A stretch of 64,000 nucleotides of DNA from an uncultured Planctomycetota bacterium (GTDB taxonomy: Bacteria > Planctomycetota > Planctomycetia > Isosphaerales > Isosphaeraceae), in contig CAWJTV010000028.1 of assembly GCA_963845755.1 (NCBI GenBank), positions 32,001-96,000 of the forward strand, in the 5' to 3' direction. The translations under genes and the position numbers were made by a program. The notes beneath the pieces were generated by a model. It was given only the letters and a program-made list of their open reading frames with translations. It was not told where the DNA came from and did not search any database. Numbering within the stretch: position 1 is the stretch's first letter; every line of letters begins with the position of its first letter. Positions 42,028-52,600 of this stretch are shown here, one piece after another.

Positions 42028-43536
42028 TCATGCAGTTGGCGAGGGCTGGTCGAGTTCGACGACCGAGAGCTGCGAAGATTTACTCTCTCGAATCCCGCAT
42101 CGACTCGTCGTTTGGTTGTCCAGGACGGAGGGGCCGGGAGCGCGGATTGCGTGACTCGCCGAAGATTCTGACCAGCGCCAGCGTTTTATCTTGGAGAGCG
42201 GGCGCGTTTCCATGATCTCAACGAGGTCACCGTAACGCGATAGGTTCCGCTCGTCATGAGCGTAGCAGATCGTCCGCCTCCGGATCATCTTGCCGTACTT
42301 CGGGTGAGGCTCGATTCCCACGACCTCGACCCGGCGCGTCTTGTCCATCTTCGCGCTGGTGACGAGCCCCTGGAGGACGCGACGCGGCTTGCGGCCGCGG
42401 GCGGGCGATTCCCGATTCGCGTCGGGGAAGCCGGGGATTTCGGGAAACGGCGTGAGTGGTTCGTGCTCCGTTGCTTTTTGAGGCGGAAGCCGCGGCGCGA
42501 GGTCGTGGTCCGGCTCGGAGAGGGCCAGCTTGAAGGAGGAGTAGTCGAGGCGGTTGGCGATGGTCCGCAGACGATCGCGGAATTCGGTGGCACGCTCCAG
42601 GTTACCGCACACAATCCGGTCTTTCGCCCTGACGACGCGTGCCATCGACGCCGATTCGATGAATTCGTTCAAGCGGGAATAGAGGATCGAAAACCCTTCC
42701 GTGAAGAGCGGTCCCTCCAGCCTCTCGACTCTCAAGAACTGGGCGAGGGCCTCCGGCCGTCTTGATCTCCGGGCGAGGTTCTCGCCGAAGATGATCGCCG
42801 CGTCCGGGAATTCGGGGAATCGCGCCGCGAACGACTCAGCCCACGGGTTGACGCGGTTGTTGGCACCGAGGCTCAAGAGGCCATAACCGCCGGCCGCGAC
42901 GGCAATCGAGTCGTCAAGGTCCCGGAACAGTGCGAGATTCTCGGCCTGGATCAGCAGTTGATCCGCCTCCTCCAATTGACCCGACTTCAAGTACCGAAAC
43001 GCCATGCCGGCCGAGAGCGACTCGCGAGCGAGAGACGCGAGCGAGGAGGATGAAGACGAGGAGTCGCCTCGGGCGAATGACGGGTCTGCGCGACCGAGGG
43101 GTTCGGAGGTCGCAAGTACCGAGAAATCGACGAGGCATTCCGCCTCGTGTTGGATCTTGCACGTCTTCGAGTACGCCTGGCCACCAGGCGGCCTGCTGGA
43201 GATGACGTAGTAGCCTGGTTGCAGGTCGAGCCGCCTGGAACCGATGACCCAGATCGAGGACGACTGGGCGTGGTCCCGGATCTGGATCGGGAATGGGCAC
43301 TCCTCGGCCCTGATCCAGAGCCGACCGGTCCCGCTCGCCGGTCGCTTTTTCGCGGCGGGGTCACGAGCAGGTTCGGGACCGGGGACATCCGCGGGAATGC
43401 CCAGCTCGTCCTCGATCCAATTGCTCAGGATGTCGGGGCCATCAGCAGGCTCTGGCCCGGCAACCTCCGCGGGCATGTCCGCCTCGTCCTCCTCTTCCTC
43501 CTCCTCTTCCTCCTCGATCCAGCCACTCATGCCCAT
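42028..43536 (-). CDS. Multidomain protein: acidic N-terminus, Ig-like segment, helical domain and a C-terminal ribosomal protein uS17 domain
   Basis: C-terminal RRVLQGLVTSAKMDKTRRVEV..HPKYGKMIRRRTICYAHDERN..GDLVEIMETRPLSKIKRW is S17-like; a probable 1 nt deletion near 42177 would give KRWRLVRI and a stop at 42080. Confidence 0.85.
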   Translation of the reverse strand: MGMSGWIEEEEEEEEEDEADMPAEVAGPEPADGPDILSNWIEDELGIPADVPGPEPARDPAAKKRPASGTGRLWIRAEECPFPIQIRDHAQSSSIWVIGSRRLDLQPGYYVISSRPPGGQAYSKTCKIQHEAECLVDFSVLATSEPLGRADPSFARGDSSSSSSSLASLARESLSAGMAFRYLKSGQLEEADQLLIQAENLALFRDLDDSIAVAAGGYGLLSLGANNRVNPWAESFAARFPEFPDAAIIFGENLARRSRRPEALAQFLRVERLEGPLFTEGFSILYSRLNEFIESASMARVVRAKDRIVCGNLERATEFRDRLRTIANRLDYSSFKLALSEPDHDLAPRLPPQKATEHEPLTPFPEIPGFPDANRESPARGRKPRRVLQGLVTSAKMDKTRRVEVVGIEPHPKYGKMIRRRTICYAHDERNLSRYGDLVEIMETRPLSKIKRWRWSESSASHAIRAPGPSVLDNQTTSRCGIRESKSSQLSVVELDQPSPTA

Positions 43537-43549
43537 TAGCGACCTCGAA

Positions 43550-44890
43550 TCACTCGAAGGGGACGAAGTGCAGGGTTTCGTTGCAATCCTTATCGGCCTC
43601 GATTGGGAGATAGATTTCCGTGTGGGGTGGGTCGGACGACGCCGAGTCAGCCGTGAACTTCAACCGGCATACGCCCGAGGGCGCGGAGGCCACCGGAAGG
43701 TACGGGGCCAGCTCTTTCTTCTGGTCGGCGGTCAGCGAGCTCACCGCGCCGTCGACGTCGAAACTCAGCGTGTAGGGTCCCGGCTGGACCGTGGAATCGT
43801 ATGGGTTGGCGGGGAGTGGGCTATCCAGGACGCTCTTCTTGTGTTTTAGGTTTCTCAACTTCGCATGGGCCACACGGATCACGAGAGTGGGGTCGATTTC
43901 GAGATGGAAGGGGATCTGGGGCGGACGGCTCGTATAGTGAAAGTTCGTCTTGAATAAGCACTTGGAAGTGTCGGCTTGGACGTACTGGACCTTCTTTTTG
44001 TAGTTCGCGATGTCCAGGGTCCTCCGCTGGAGCGGCTCGACGAGGTCCTTAACCGCAACGCTCCACCCATGAATGCCGTGTTCTCGAAGTGCGAACCGTC
44101 CCAGGCATTCCAGCAAGGCACGGCTGAACACCGTCCCAAACTCATCTCCTGTCTCGTAAGCCGGATCTCCATCGCGCGTGCTGTAGATCGTGCATCGATT
44201 GATGGGGTCGCGATACGTCTTCGACTCGTACACAATGATAGGGCGGCCACCCAGGACGTCAGGATTCTTGTACTTGGAGGGGATCGGCTCCGTCTTGCAA
44301 GCGTTGACGAACACAAACTGTTTGCGGGCGTCGGCGTAATCGAGGGCCTCGTGAATATTCCGAAGATCGAGAGAGCCGTCGAGGCACCGTTTCGTTTCGG
44401 CGAAGTCTTCCAGCAACACGCGAGTGATCTGGTGTCCATCGAGGATTCCGTGGCCGCTCACGTAGAGAATCGCAACATCGCGCGAGCGTCGGTTGCAATC
44501 GTCATACCAGGCTAACACGGTGCGCTCCACCTCTGGGAAAGTCGCGCGTTGAATCGTGCCAGTTTTGTCGTCGAAGTCCTCTTTCGCAAGGCCCAGGTTG
44601 ACCATCTCCTTCGGGGTCGGAGACAGGAGCAATCGGATGGAGGCCAGAGGGACAACCGGTTCCTCGCGGCGATCCAAGGACTCCTTGAGATACTCCTTGC
44701 GGAGCCAATCCGCGAATCGATAGGCGCCCGTGGCCGTCGAGGTGAGTTCATCGAGTCCGAAGGTCTCGTTCTTCGGATGATCTGGCGTGTCGCGGAGGTA
44801 GGGATAGTGGCTCGACCCAACGATGAGGGCGTGCGTCGCGCTCCCCTTCGAGCTCCGGTCGGGATTCCTGAACCACACCGCTTCGTTCAT
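43550..44890 (-). CDS. Caspase-like (C14 family) protease
   Basis: HALIVG..Y, ILYVSGHG (catalytic His), FVFVNACK (catalytic Cys), YST..G..A, FSRALL..L. Confidence 0.88.
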   Translation of the reverse strand: MNEAVWFRNPDRSSKGSATHALIVGSSHYPYLRDTPDHPKNETFGLDELTSTATGAYRFADWLRKEYLKESLDRREEPVVPLASIRLLLSPTPKEMVNLGLAKEDFDDKTGTIQRATFPEVERTVLAWYDDCNRRSRDVAILYVSGHGILDGHQITRVLLEDFAETKRCLDGSLDLRNIHEALDYADARKQFVFVNACKTEPIPSKYKNPDVLGGRPIIVYESKTYRDPINRCTIYSTRDGDPAYETGDEFGTVFSRALLECLGRFALREHGIHGWSVAVKDLVEPLQRRTLDIANYKKKVQYVQADTSKCLFKTNFHYTSRPPQIPFHLEIDPTLVIRVAHAKLRNLKHKKSVLDSPLPANPYDSTVQPGPYTLSFDVDGAVSSLTADQKKELAPYLPVASAPSGVCRLKFTADSASSDPPHTEIYLPIEADKDCNETLHFVPFE

Positions 44891-46281
44891 TCTGCTTTCT
44901 CCCGCAGCTCATCGGCGATCTTCTCGTAGAAGAACGACTCCGTGAAGTAGGCGGAGTGTGCCTTCAGGATGTCGTTCCGGCCCGGCATCCGGATGTCCGT
45001 GACCGCCTCGTTACCGAAGACGGGCTGAGCCTGGTATGAGAAGAGGTCGGCCTGGTCGTAGAAGTTGAGCCACTTCTGGACCTTCGCGGGCTTGAGCAGG
45101 AATCCGGCGGTGGGCTCGGCATTCTTGCGATAGACGGCCATCTCCGCGAAGAGCGAGACCTGGGCGCCGGCCATTACCCAGAGTCGGACGGAGATATCGC
45201 TGAGGTCGCTCGAGGTGAGAAGGTCGTAGAAGATCGCACTGCCGAAGGAGTGCGTCACGACCACGAGCGGTTCATTGTTTTTCTCGGCGACCTGCGCGGC
45301 GGCCTGGATGCCCTTGGCGGCGCGGTCGGCGATTGGTCCAAGTTTCTCACCGGTGCTCTGCCCGCGCCGGAGGTACTCGAACACGTCGCCGAAGAAGAGC
45401 ATCGCGCCGGGCCCCACCTCGTTGCGCAGCCAGGGGGCAAGTCGTGGATCGGAGGGGTTCAGGAGCGCCCCCGCTGAGTAGAGCCGGGCGCGGAATGCCC
45501 CCGCGCCGGCCTTCTCGGCAATATATCTCGCAGCCCCTACGGTGGCGTCCTTCAGCGCGTGCAGTCTCTCGGAGGCCTCCTTGATGATCTCCTTTGCTCC
45601 CATCTCGTCGTACGGCTTGCCATCGGCGACCGCTCCGGCGGATTCCTCATACGTGTTTAACTCGTCCACGATGGCCTGATCGATGGCGTCGAGGGCGGCT
45701 TTCCCTGTCTTCGACGTCTTCAACTTTGCGAGGAACTCGGGCCGTTGCGCCACGGCATCGGCGGCGATCAGCAGAAGGGCGCTGACCTGGCCCTTCTGCT
45801 CAGCAGCTTGCCGATCGTCCACCTTCATGTCCTTCGTCTCGGCGACGGTCCGCAAGTCCGGTTCGAAGCGACATCGCTCGGGGGCCACCACGGCCCGGAT
45901 CAAGTCCACGGGGGCTTCTCGGGCCGCCTTGAGTACGACCTGATCGTGTGTCTCCGGTAATGTCTCCGGGTCCGGCTCGGTTCCGTCCTTCGACAGGATC
46001 GAGATCAACTCGAAGAGTGCGGCAGCGGGATCGGTCGTTTCGACGTGGCCCGTTGCTCCCATTGCCTTGGCTTTCTCCAGGCCGAACATCGAGGAGAGAT
46101 CCCAGCGAAAGCGGACACCCAGATCACCCCAATAAAGGTCCTCCAGGACATCGAAGTTTGGATAGCGGGGCTTGGTCACGGGGAGCACGTACTGCTCGAA
46201 CATCTTCCTCCGCGCCTTGCCGCTAGCGAAGTAAACCTCGTCCTTGCGGACGCTCACTCCGTGGATGAATAAGATTGGCAT
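44887..46281 (-). CDS. Alpha/beta-hydrolase (lipase-like) with a large helical insertion
   Basis: ILFIHG, YWGD, VVVTHSFG (nucleophile), WLNFYD..D, AHSAYF; GGAGG RBS; ATGA overlap with the caspase gene. Confidence 0.85.
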   Translation of the reverse strand: MPILFIHGVSVRKDEVYFASGKARRKMFEQYVLPVTKPRYPNFDVLEDLYWGDLGVRFRWDLSSMFGLEKAKAMGATGHVETTDPAAALFELISILSKDGTEPDPETLPETHDQVVLKAAREAPVDLIRAVVAPERCRFEPDLRTVAETKDMKVDDRQAAEQKGQVSALLLIAADAVAQRPEFLAKLKTSKTGKAALDAIDQAIVDELNTYEESAGAVADGKPYDEMGAKEIIKEASERLHALKDATVGAARYIAEKAGAGAFRARLYSAGALLNPSDPRLAPWLRNEVGPGAMLFFGDVFEYLRRGQSTGEKLGPIADRAAKGIQAAAQVAEKNNEPLVVVTHSFGSAIFYDLLTSSDLSDISVRLWVMAGAQVSLFAEMAVYRKNAEPTAGFLLKPAKVQKWLNFYDQADLFSYQAQPVFGNEAVTDIRMPGRNDILKAHSAYFTESFFYEKIADELREKAE

Positions 46282-46625
46282 TGTCGGGCACCTCCAGCGA
46301 ATGCCTCAAGGTGGGCAGGCAAGGCCGGCCTGCACTCAACTGACCTGGCACGCGTCGGCGACATCGCCTGTCCATTTGTATGGGCGTCTGGCGTATTCAC
46401 CGCCGAGCGCCGATCGCCCCACCCTTCATCTGTCAGAATGGACGATAATTGAACCGGATTCAAGAGGCCTCTCCAACTGCGCAGCGAGATCCCGAGCGCA
46501 CCGACGCCTTGAGCATTGCGGAGCGCTTCCGCCATGCAGCGACCGTCGTGGTTCCCTGGTGTCGATTCACCGGCTGGTCCATCCGATGGCCCTCGGACCA
46601 GCCGGGCGAATCACTCCGACCCCGT

Positions 46626-49600
46626 TCAACGGAACCCACCAGCCGCGGCACCATTCCGATTGCCGGCCGGTTGATCGAACCGTTGCTGGAGCCGCTGGAT
46701 CTGCTTCAAGTTATTGGTCGAGTTCTGCATGCGGAGATTGGCATCGAGGGATTCATCCGCTTTGGCTGAAGCATTGGGCATGGTCTGTCCCTGCCCTGGT
46801 TGCTGAGCCGGCACTTGATTCTGACCCTGCAGCGATTGGCCGACGTAGCTCGTGCCGCGGTAGAAGGCGTATTGATTCGACCCTCGGCGCGCGACGGCCG
46901 TGACGACTCCGCGCACTCCTTCGGCCACGAAGATGCCCCGAAGGTCGGTCTCGCCCGAGAGGAACTGGGGATTATCGCTCCCGATGACTTTCACCTGGAC
47001 TTTCGGCAGGAGGTCCTTGGTCGATGCATCGCGGACCGTCACACGAACTCGGCCGGCGCCCGAGTCTTCGAGTACCTCGAGTTCGATCGGTGAGACCAGG
47101 ACGATCCCGGATGCGTAGAGACTCTCGCCGCGAAGCATGACGAGATACGCCGCCGTCCTTGGTCAAGGGAAGGTCGATTGCCTTGGCCTTGTCACCATAG
47201 TCGGCTCCATTGCCGAGGGTCACGGCTTTCTCGACCAGCGGCGTGATGCCCGCGAGGTCAATGCCGGCGATCCCGTTCAAGTTGCGGCGGGTGAGGTAGA
47301 GCTGCATCAGGTTGACGGGATAGGCTTTCACGTCCACCTGGGCGATATTGCGATAATCCAGGGCGATGCCCGGCGAAGGGCCCGGATCGGGGGCTCGATC
47401 GGCGGCGACCGCCGCACCCCTGAGGCTGGCGACAAGGACGCCGCGGACGGGGGTTGCGGGTTCGGTCCGCTCGGCGACCGCGGGACGGACCGCGGACCGG
47501 ACGACGGAGACCTCGGGAAGCTTCAGGTCCTTGCGGGTGTACGAGGTGATGGCGCCCGCCGCGTCGGTGAAGCGGTCGGCAACCTGCCGGTAGTATTCCA
47601 GCGCCTTGGCCGGCTGACGGCGCGCATCGTAGATCTGGCCAAGGATATAGAGGGCCTGCCACTTGTTCGGGCTGGGTTGCTCGGCACCCGCGGCGTCCTT
47701 GTAAGTCGCCCTGGCGATGGTGCCGGCCACCTCGACCGCGCGGTCATAATGGCCGAGATGGAAGTCGCCCAACGCCTCGCTGTACTGGAAGCTGTCGAGG
47801 TACGTGCTCTTGGGATAAACCGTGGCGAACCGGCCGGCCAGGCGGACCACCGACTTGAAGTCTTCCAGCTCGATGAACGCGCCGACCAGGGCCAGGCTGG
47901 CCTCGTCGGCCATGGGGTTCCTGGGCGATTGCGCGAGGAAGACCTGGATCATTCGAATGGATTGCACCAGCAACTCCGAGCGAGTGATCCCGGCGGCGGC
48001 CAGCTCGCGACGGAGATTGGGCTCGGTGATCGCACGTGACGCCGCCTGGGTCAGGACCTGGGAGAGTCCGAAGAAATCGCTCTCGATTGACGCCGTGTTC
48101 GGATAGGACCGCCACAGGTCGATCAGATAGGCCATCCCCTCGAGCGTCTTTCCCCGCTGGCGCAGCAGCTCGCCCACCCGAACATCCTCCAGGTAGCTGG
48201 CCTCGATCAGCCCGCGCCAGACGATCATGGCGCGCTCGAATTCCTTGATGTCCCGATAGGCGGTGCCGATCGCCAGCAACTGGTCGAAGCTGAGGAACAG
48301 CTCGGGGGATTTCTCCTTGACTACCTCGAAATACTGGACGATCTTGCGTGGCTGGCCCGCGCGGATGCTGATCAAGAGGAGCATCCGGGCCGCGTCCTTC
48401 GCGATGTCATCGCGGAGGGTATAGCCACCATAAAGCGACTCGAGGGCATCGCCGGCCTCGGCGAACCGTCCGGCGTCGAAGTGCGCCTTGCCTCGAGCAT
48501 ATAACTCGTCGGGCGTCGGCTTGTAGGGATCGGTGCTCGCTTGGCCGGGAGACCGGACACGCAGCTCGCCGGGCTGGCCGATGTGATAGTGCCCCGGCTC
48601 GTAGGCACTGCGCACCGAGGCGGGCAGGCGCGGTACGTGCCGGGAAGATACCCGTAAAGGTCGTAGGTGGTTGTCCCGGGGTTGACATCGGGCGGGAAGT
48701 AGAGGGTCAGCACGCCGTCGGCCAGCTCGAAGGAGGAAGCCGATGTATTCACGGAACCCTCGATCAAGGTCGTGCCGGCAGGCAAGTGTTCCTGCACCAC
48801 GAGGTAGTCGCGCTCCCACTCGGGAACGTTCCAGGGGATGTTCCGGAATGCGGTGACGGCAATCTGGGCTCTTCCGCCCACACCGACCTGGCTGGCGATG
48901 TTCTCGAATGTGTTGGGATTGACCGCGACCCCGAAGCCGACCGGCAAGACCTTGCCATCGAGCTCCGGCGGCGCTGGATAATAGACGCGGCGATCGATCC
49001 ACGCCACACGGCCGTTGCGATCCTGGTCGGGAGCGAATTCACGAGTAAATCCGGCGAGCGTGACGGCATATCCGAACTCGCCGCGGCCTTCCATCTCGAA
49101 TCGGATGCGGTTGGGCTTTCCGACCTCCAGGTTGGTGCGTGGGACGGCGACGACCTTTTCCTGGGCGGTTCCCAGCACGTCGATCACCGTGAGCGGCTTG
49201 TCATTGACGGTCACAGTCAGGCGATAACGATCCTCGGCGCCCTCGGCGCGGCCGTAATACGTCGCCAGCGCGGTGAGTGCCGGCCCCTTGGCCTTGTGGG
49301 GGAGCCACCCATTCGCGACACGGTGAGCCTGGAGCCAGTCGATGCTCCGGTCCATCTCGTTGGCCTGGGGGCGGACCCGGGCGTAAGCCAGGCTGACGAG
49401 GGCCGTCGTTTCGGCGGTACCACGGACCATCGGAGATCGGCCGGGGGCTTCCCAGTAGATCCGGGGCCTCAGGCCGGGCGCGACGGTTTCCGTCTTGGCA
49501 CGCGGTCCCAGGATGTCCAGCAGCTCGCCGGCCATCGAGGCACGGTCCAGGTTGGCGAAGGTCAACGCCAGGTACGCCAGGGCCGGGCTCGACAGGTTGT

Positions 49601-52600
49601 TCCGGAGCCGGTTCAAGCTGTTGGCCGCCTCGAAGCTGGCCGCGCGTCGCGTGCTCAAGGCGTGCAGCAACGCGGCACGGGTCTCGAGATCGCTGCCGTT
49701 GACCCGGGCGAATTCCTGCTTGAGATAAGTCAGCGCCTGGTCGAGCACCTTGGGATCGGTCAAGAGTCCCAGCGGCTCGGCCGAGGCCAGCGCCAGACGA
49801 CCGCCGCGGAGGACAGCCGGTCGCTCTGTAGCGACTGATCCGGTCGATTCACGATCGAGAGCGGCGGAGGGGCGGCCACCCACGGCCAACCGCCGTCGGG
49901 ATTCTGGGCCGCGATCAATTCGGCGACCAATCCCTGGATCCGTTCGGTCAGGCGCTGGGCTTCCGGTGCTGCAGTGGCGCGGGCATCGTGGAGATAGCGC
50001 AAGACCGAGGTCGCCCCCACCAGGTCCGCGGCACGATCCGCCGTGGTGTTGCTCGGCGGCGGGATGACCCGCGCCGTGGCGTTCAAGCTGTGCTCATCGA
50101 TGTTGATCAGGAGCTGATAGAGATTGGCGTCGCGTCCTAACGCCATCTCGATCAACATTCGGCGAATCGTCGGAGAGAGCGCAATCAGCATGTCGGGATT
50201 TTCATACGTCCGACCCGCCGGCAGTCCGACGAAGACGGTCGTGCTCTCGCGGCCGGTCCCCGATGCCGAGGCGTAAACCGGCATGCCCCAGGGATGGATC
50301 GGGACCTCGACGACCAGCTCATCCTTCAGGTCGCCGACGGCGCCGGTGAGGGTCAATCGAAGCGTATCACCATCGGGCACTTCATACGGTTCGAACAGGA
50401 CCTCGTCGATTCCGTCGCCCTTGAGTTCGAGCATCCTGGGAAACACGTCGTCGCGGCCACCGGCGTAAGTCGCCAGGCGCAGCGCGAGCTGGCCCTTGAC
50501 GCCCGTATGGTGGACTTGCGCGATGAAACGCGGCTTGTCCCCCTGAGTCAGCGCGGTGGGAACCTTCAAGTCAACGAAGAAGTCCTGGCGGACCGTCAGG
50601 GACGATGTGGTTTGCCCGGCCAGGGTGTCGGCGCCGGTGATGCCTCGCGCCGTGATCCGGTACTCGGAGAGTGCATTGGGGGCCTGGAACGTGACCCGCG
50701 CCTTGCCGTCCTTGCCGGTGACAACAGCCGGGTTCCAGTAGGCCGATTCCACGTATCGCTCGCGCGGGGATCGAGGATCGTCCGGTTTCTGGACGGCGAA
50801 GGTGGAGCGACGCCCTTGCGAGCGATCCCGGGAAAGATCATTGAAGTTTCTCGCAAATTGGACCCCAGCGAGTTTCTGCGCTCTGATTGTCACCCAGGCC
50901 TTCTTGATCGACGGCGAGAGGAACGCTCTTTGTCGCATCCTCACCGCTCATGGCCCTGCCGCCGACCCCGCCGCCCATTCCTCCCATCATGCCCATGCGC
51001 GGGTGCAGGCGAATTTCCAGGAACCGGAGCAGCCTCGGCGGGCGTCGGCGCAGGGGCTAGGGGCGCTGGGGCGACCTCATTGAAGAACCCCTGTCTCCCG
51101 CCCGCAGCGAAGTACTGCCGTCGTGCGCCCGCATTGGCCACCCTGGCTTGCTCACGCGCTGATTCCTCGACAACCGCCTGTGACACACCGACTGTGTCCG
51201 GCCGATAAGCGAACGTGTTCGTCGCCTCGGTGGAGAAGGATCCGGTACGGGTCTGGCTGTAGAAGAACGGACCGATCTCCGGGAGCCGGTCGTGGAAGAG
51301 GCGCAGGAGCGACTGGTCGACCATCGCGATCGAGAGCTCGGCCGAGACGGGCTGGCCGAGCTGGTCGGCGGCCGTGATGTCCAGCTCGACCGGCTCGCCC
51401 GGCCTCACGACCGCCCTGGCTGGCTTGACGGTGACGCGGAGGTCGCGCACGACCTCGATGTCGAGCCTCGCTTGATCGCACTCGTTATGCCACATTCGCG
51501 TCGAGGTCAGCGTGAAGTTGGGGAACTGGGCGCCGTCGATCGGCCAGGCGAGCGGGTTATCACCGTCCTTGAGAGTCACGATGCGGTAGGAGAGGATGCG
51601 GTCGGCCTCCCAGGTCAGGAGCGCCGTGCCGGACCGCCCGCGGCTGTGCAGGTTGACGCGCGCCTCCTCACCCACCTTGTAGCTTTGACGGTCGGTCAGG
51701 AGCCGCAGCTTGGTCTCGTCCTCCTTGCCGGAGATGAAGATCAATCGATCGGCGACGATCGGGGTGCCGAACCGGTCGGTCCCCGCGACGCGGAGGATGT
51801 AATGGCCTCCCTCGGAATCGTCGGAGCGGAAGGTCAGAGAGCCGCGGCCGGTCTTGGGGTCGGTCGCAATGGTCTTGCTCGTGACGTCGCGCTCGGTGGT
51901 GCGTCCGTCGACGTTGACCTGCTTGATCAACGTGGCCGAGAGGGACTCGCCGATCGGGCTGCCCTGGGCGTCTGTCGTGACGATCTGGAGCAGGAACGAT
52001 TCGCCGTCGAGGTAAACGCCGCGGGGCGTGCTCACGCTGATCTCGAATCCGCGGATTGCAAGCCGCACGTGGGCCTCGGCGGCCACGTTATCCTGCGGCA
52101 GCCGGGCGGTGAGGTGCAAGGTTTGCTCCTCGGCGAATCCCTCGGTCGAGAATTCGACGTGATACTTACCCACCGCGTCGGTCGTGCCGTGCAGTGTGCG
52201 GCCGTCGGGGAGGCCGATCTCGATCGGCCGAGATGACAGCGGTGCGCCGTATTGATAGCGAGCGACGAGGTCAACCTGGACCGTCTCGCCGCGGTAGACC
52301 ACACTCTGCTTCACGTCGAAGGTCAGGTCGATCGGTTCGAGCTGGTACGACTGGACCTCGAAGCTCCCCGAGAAGACGCTCTTGCCCGGCTGCGATACCG
52401 TGACGCGGTAACTGCCCAGCGGGGCGGCCGTGTCGAGCGGAAGCGTTTCGTGGAACGTCCCGTATTCCGAGAGGGTGATCGACCGGGCCACGATTATCCG
52501 GCCGCGGCTGTCGGCGACCTCGAACCGATAGACGGCCTTCGGCATATTGGCATACTGGCTGTTCCGGATCTCCCGCACGACGCCGCGGACCGAGACTTTC

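Noticed and set aside
42160..42390. Standalone rpsQ in a ribosomal protein operon
   Set aside because: No own start codon or RBS, no neighbouring r-protein genes, and in-frame with the upstream domains
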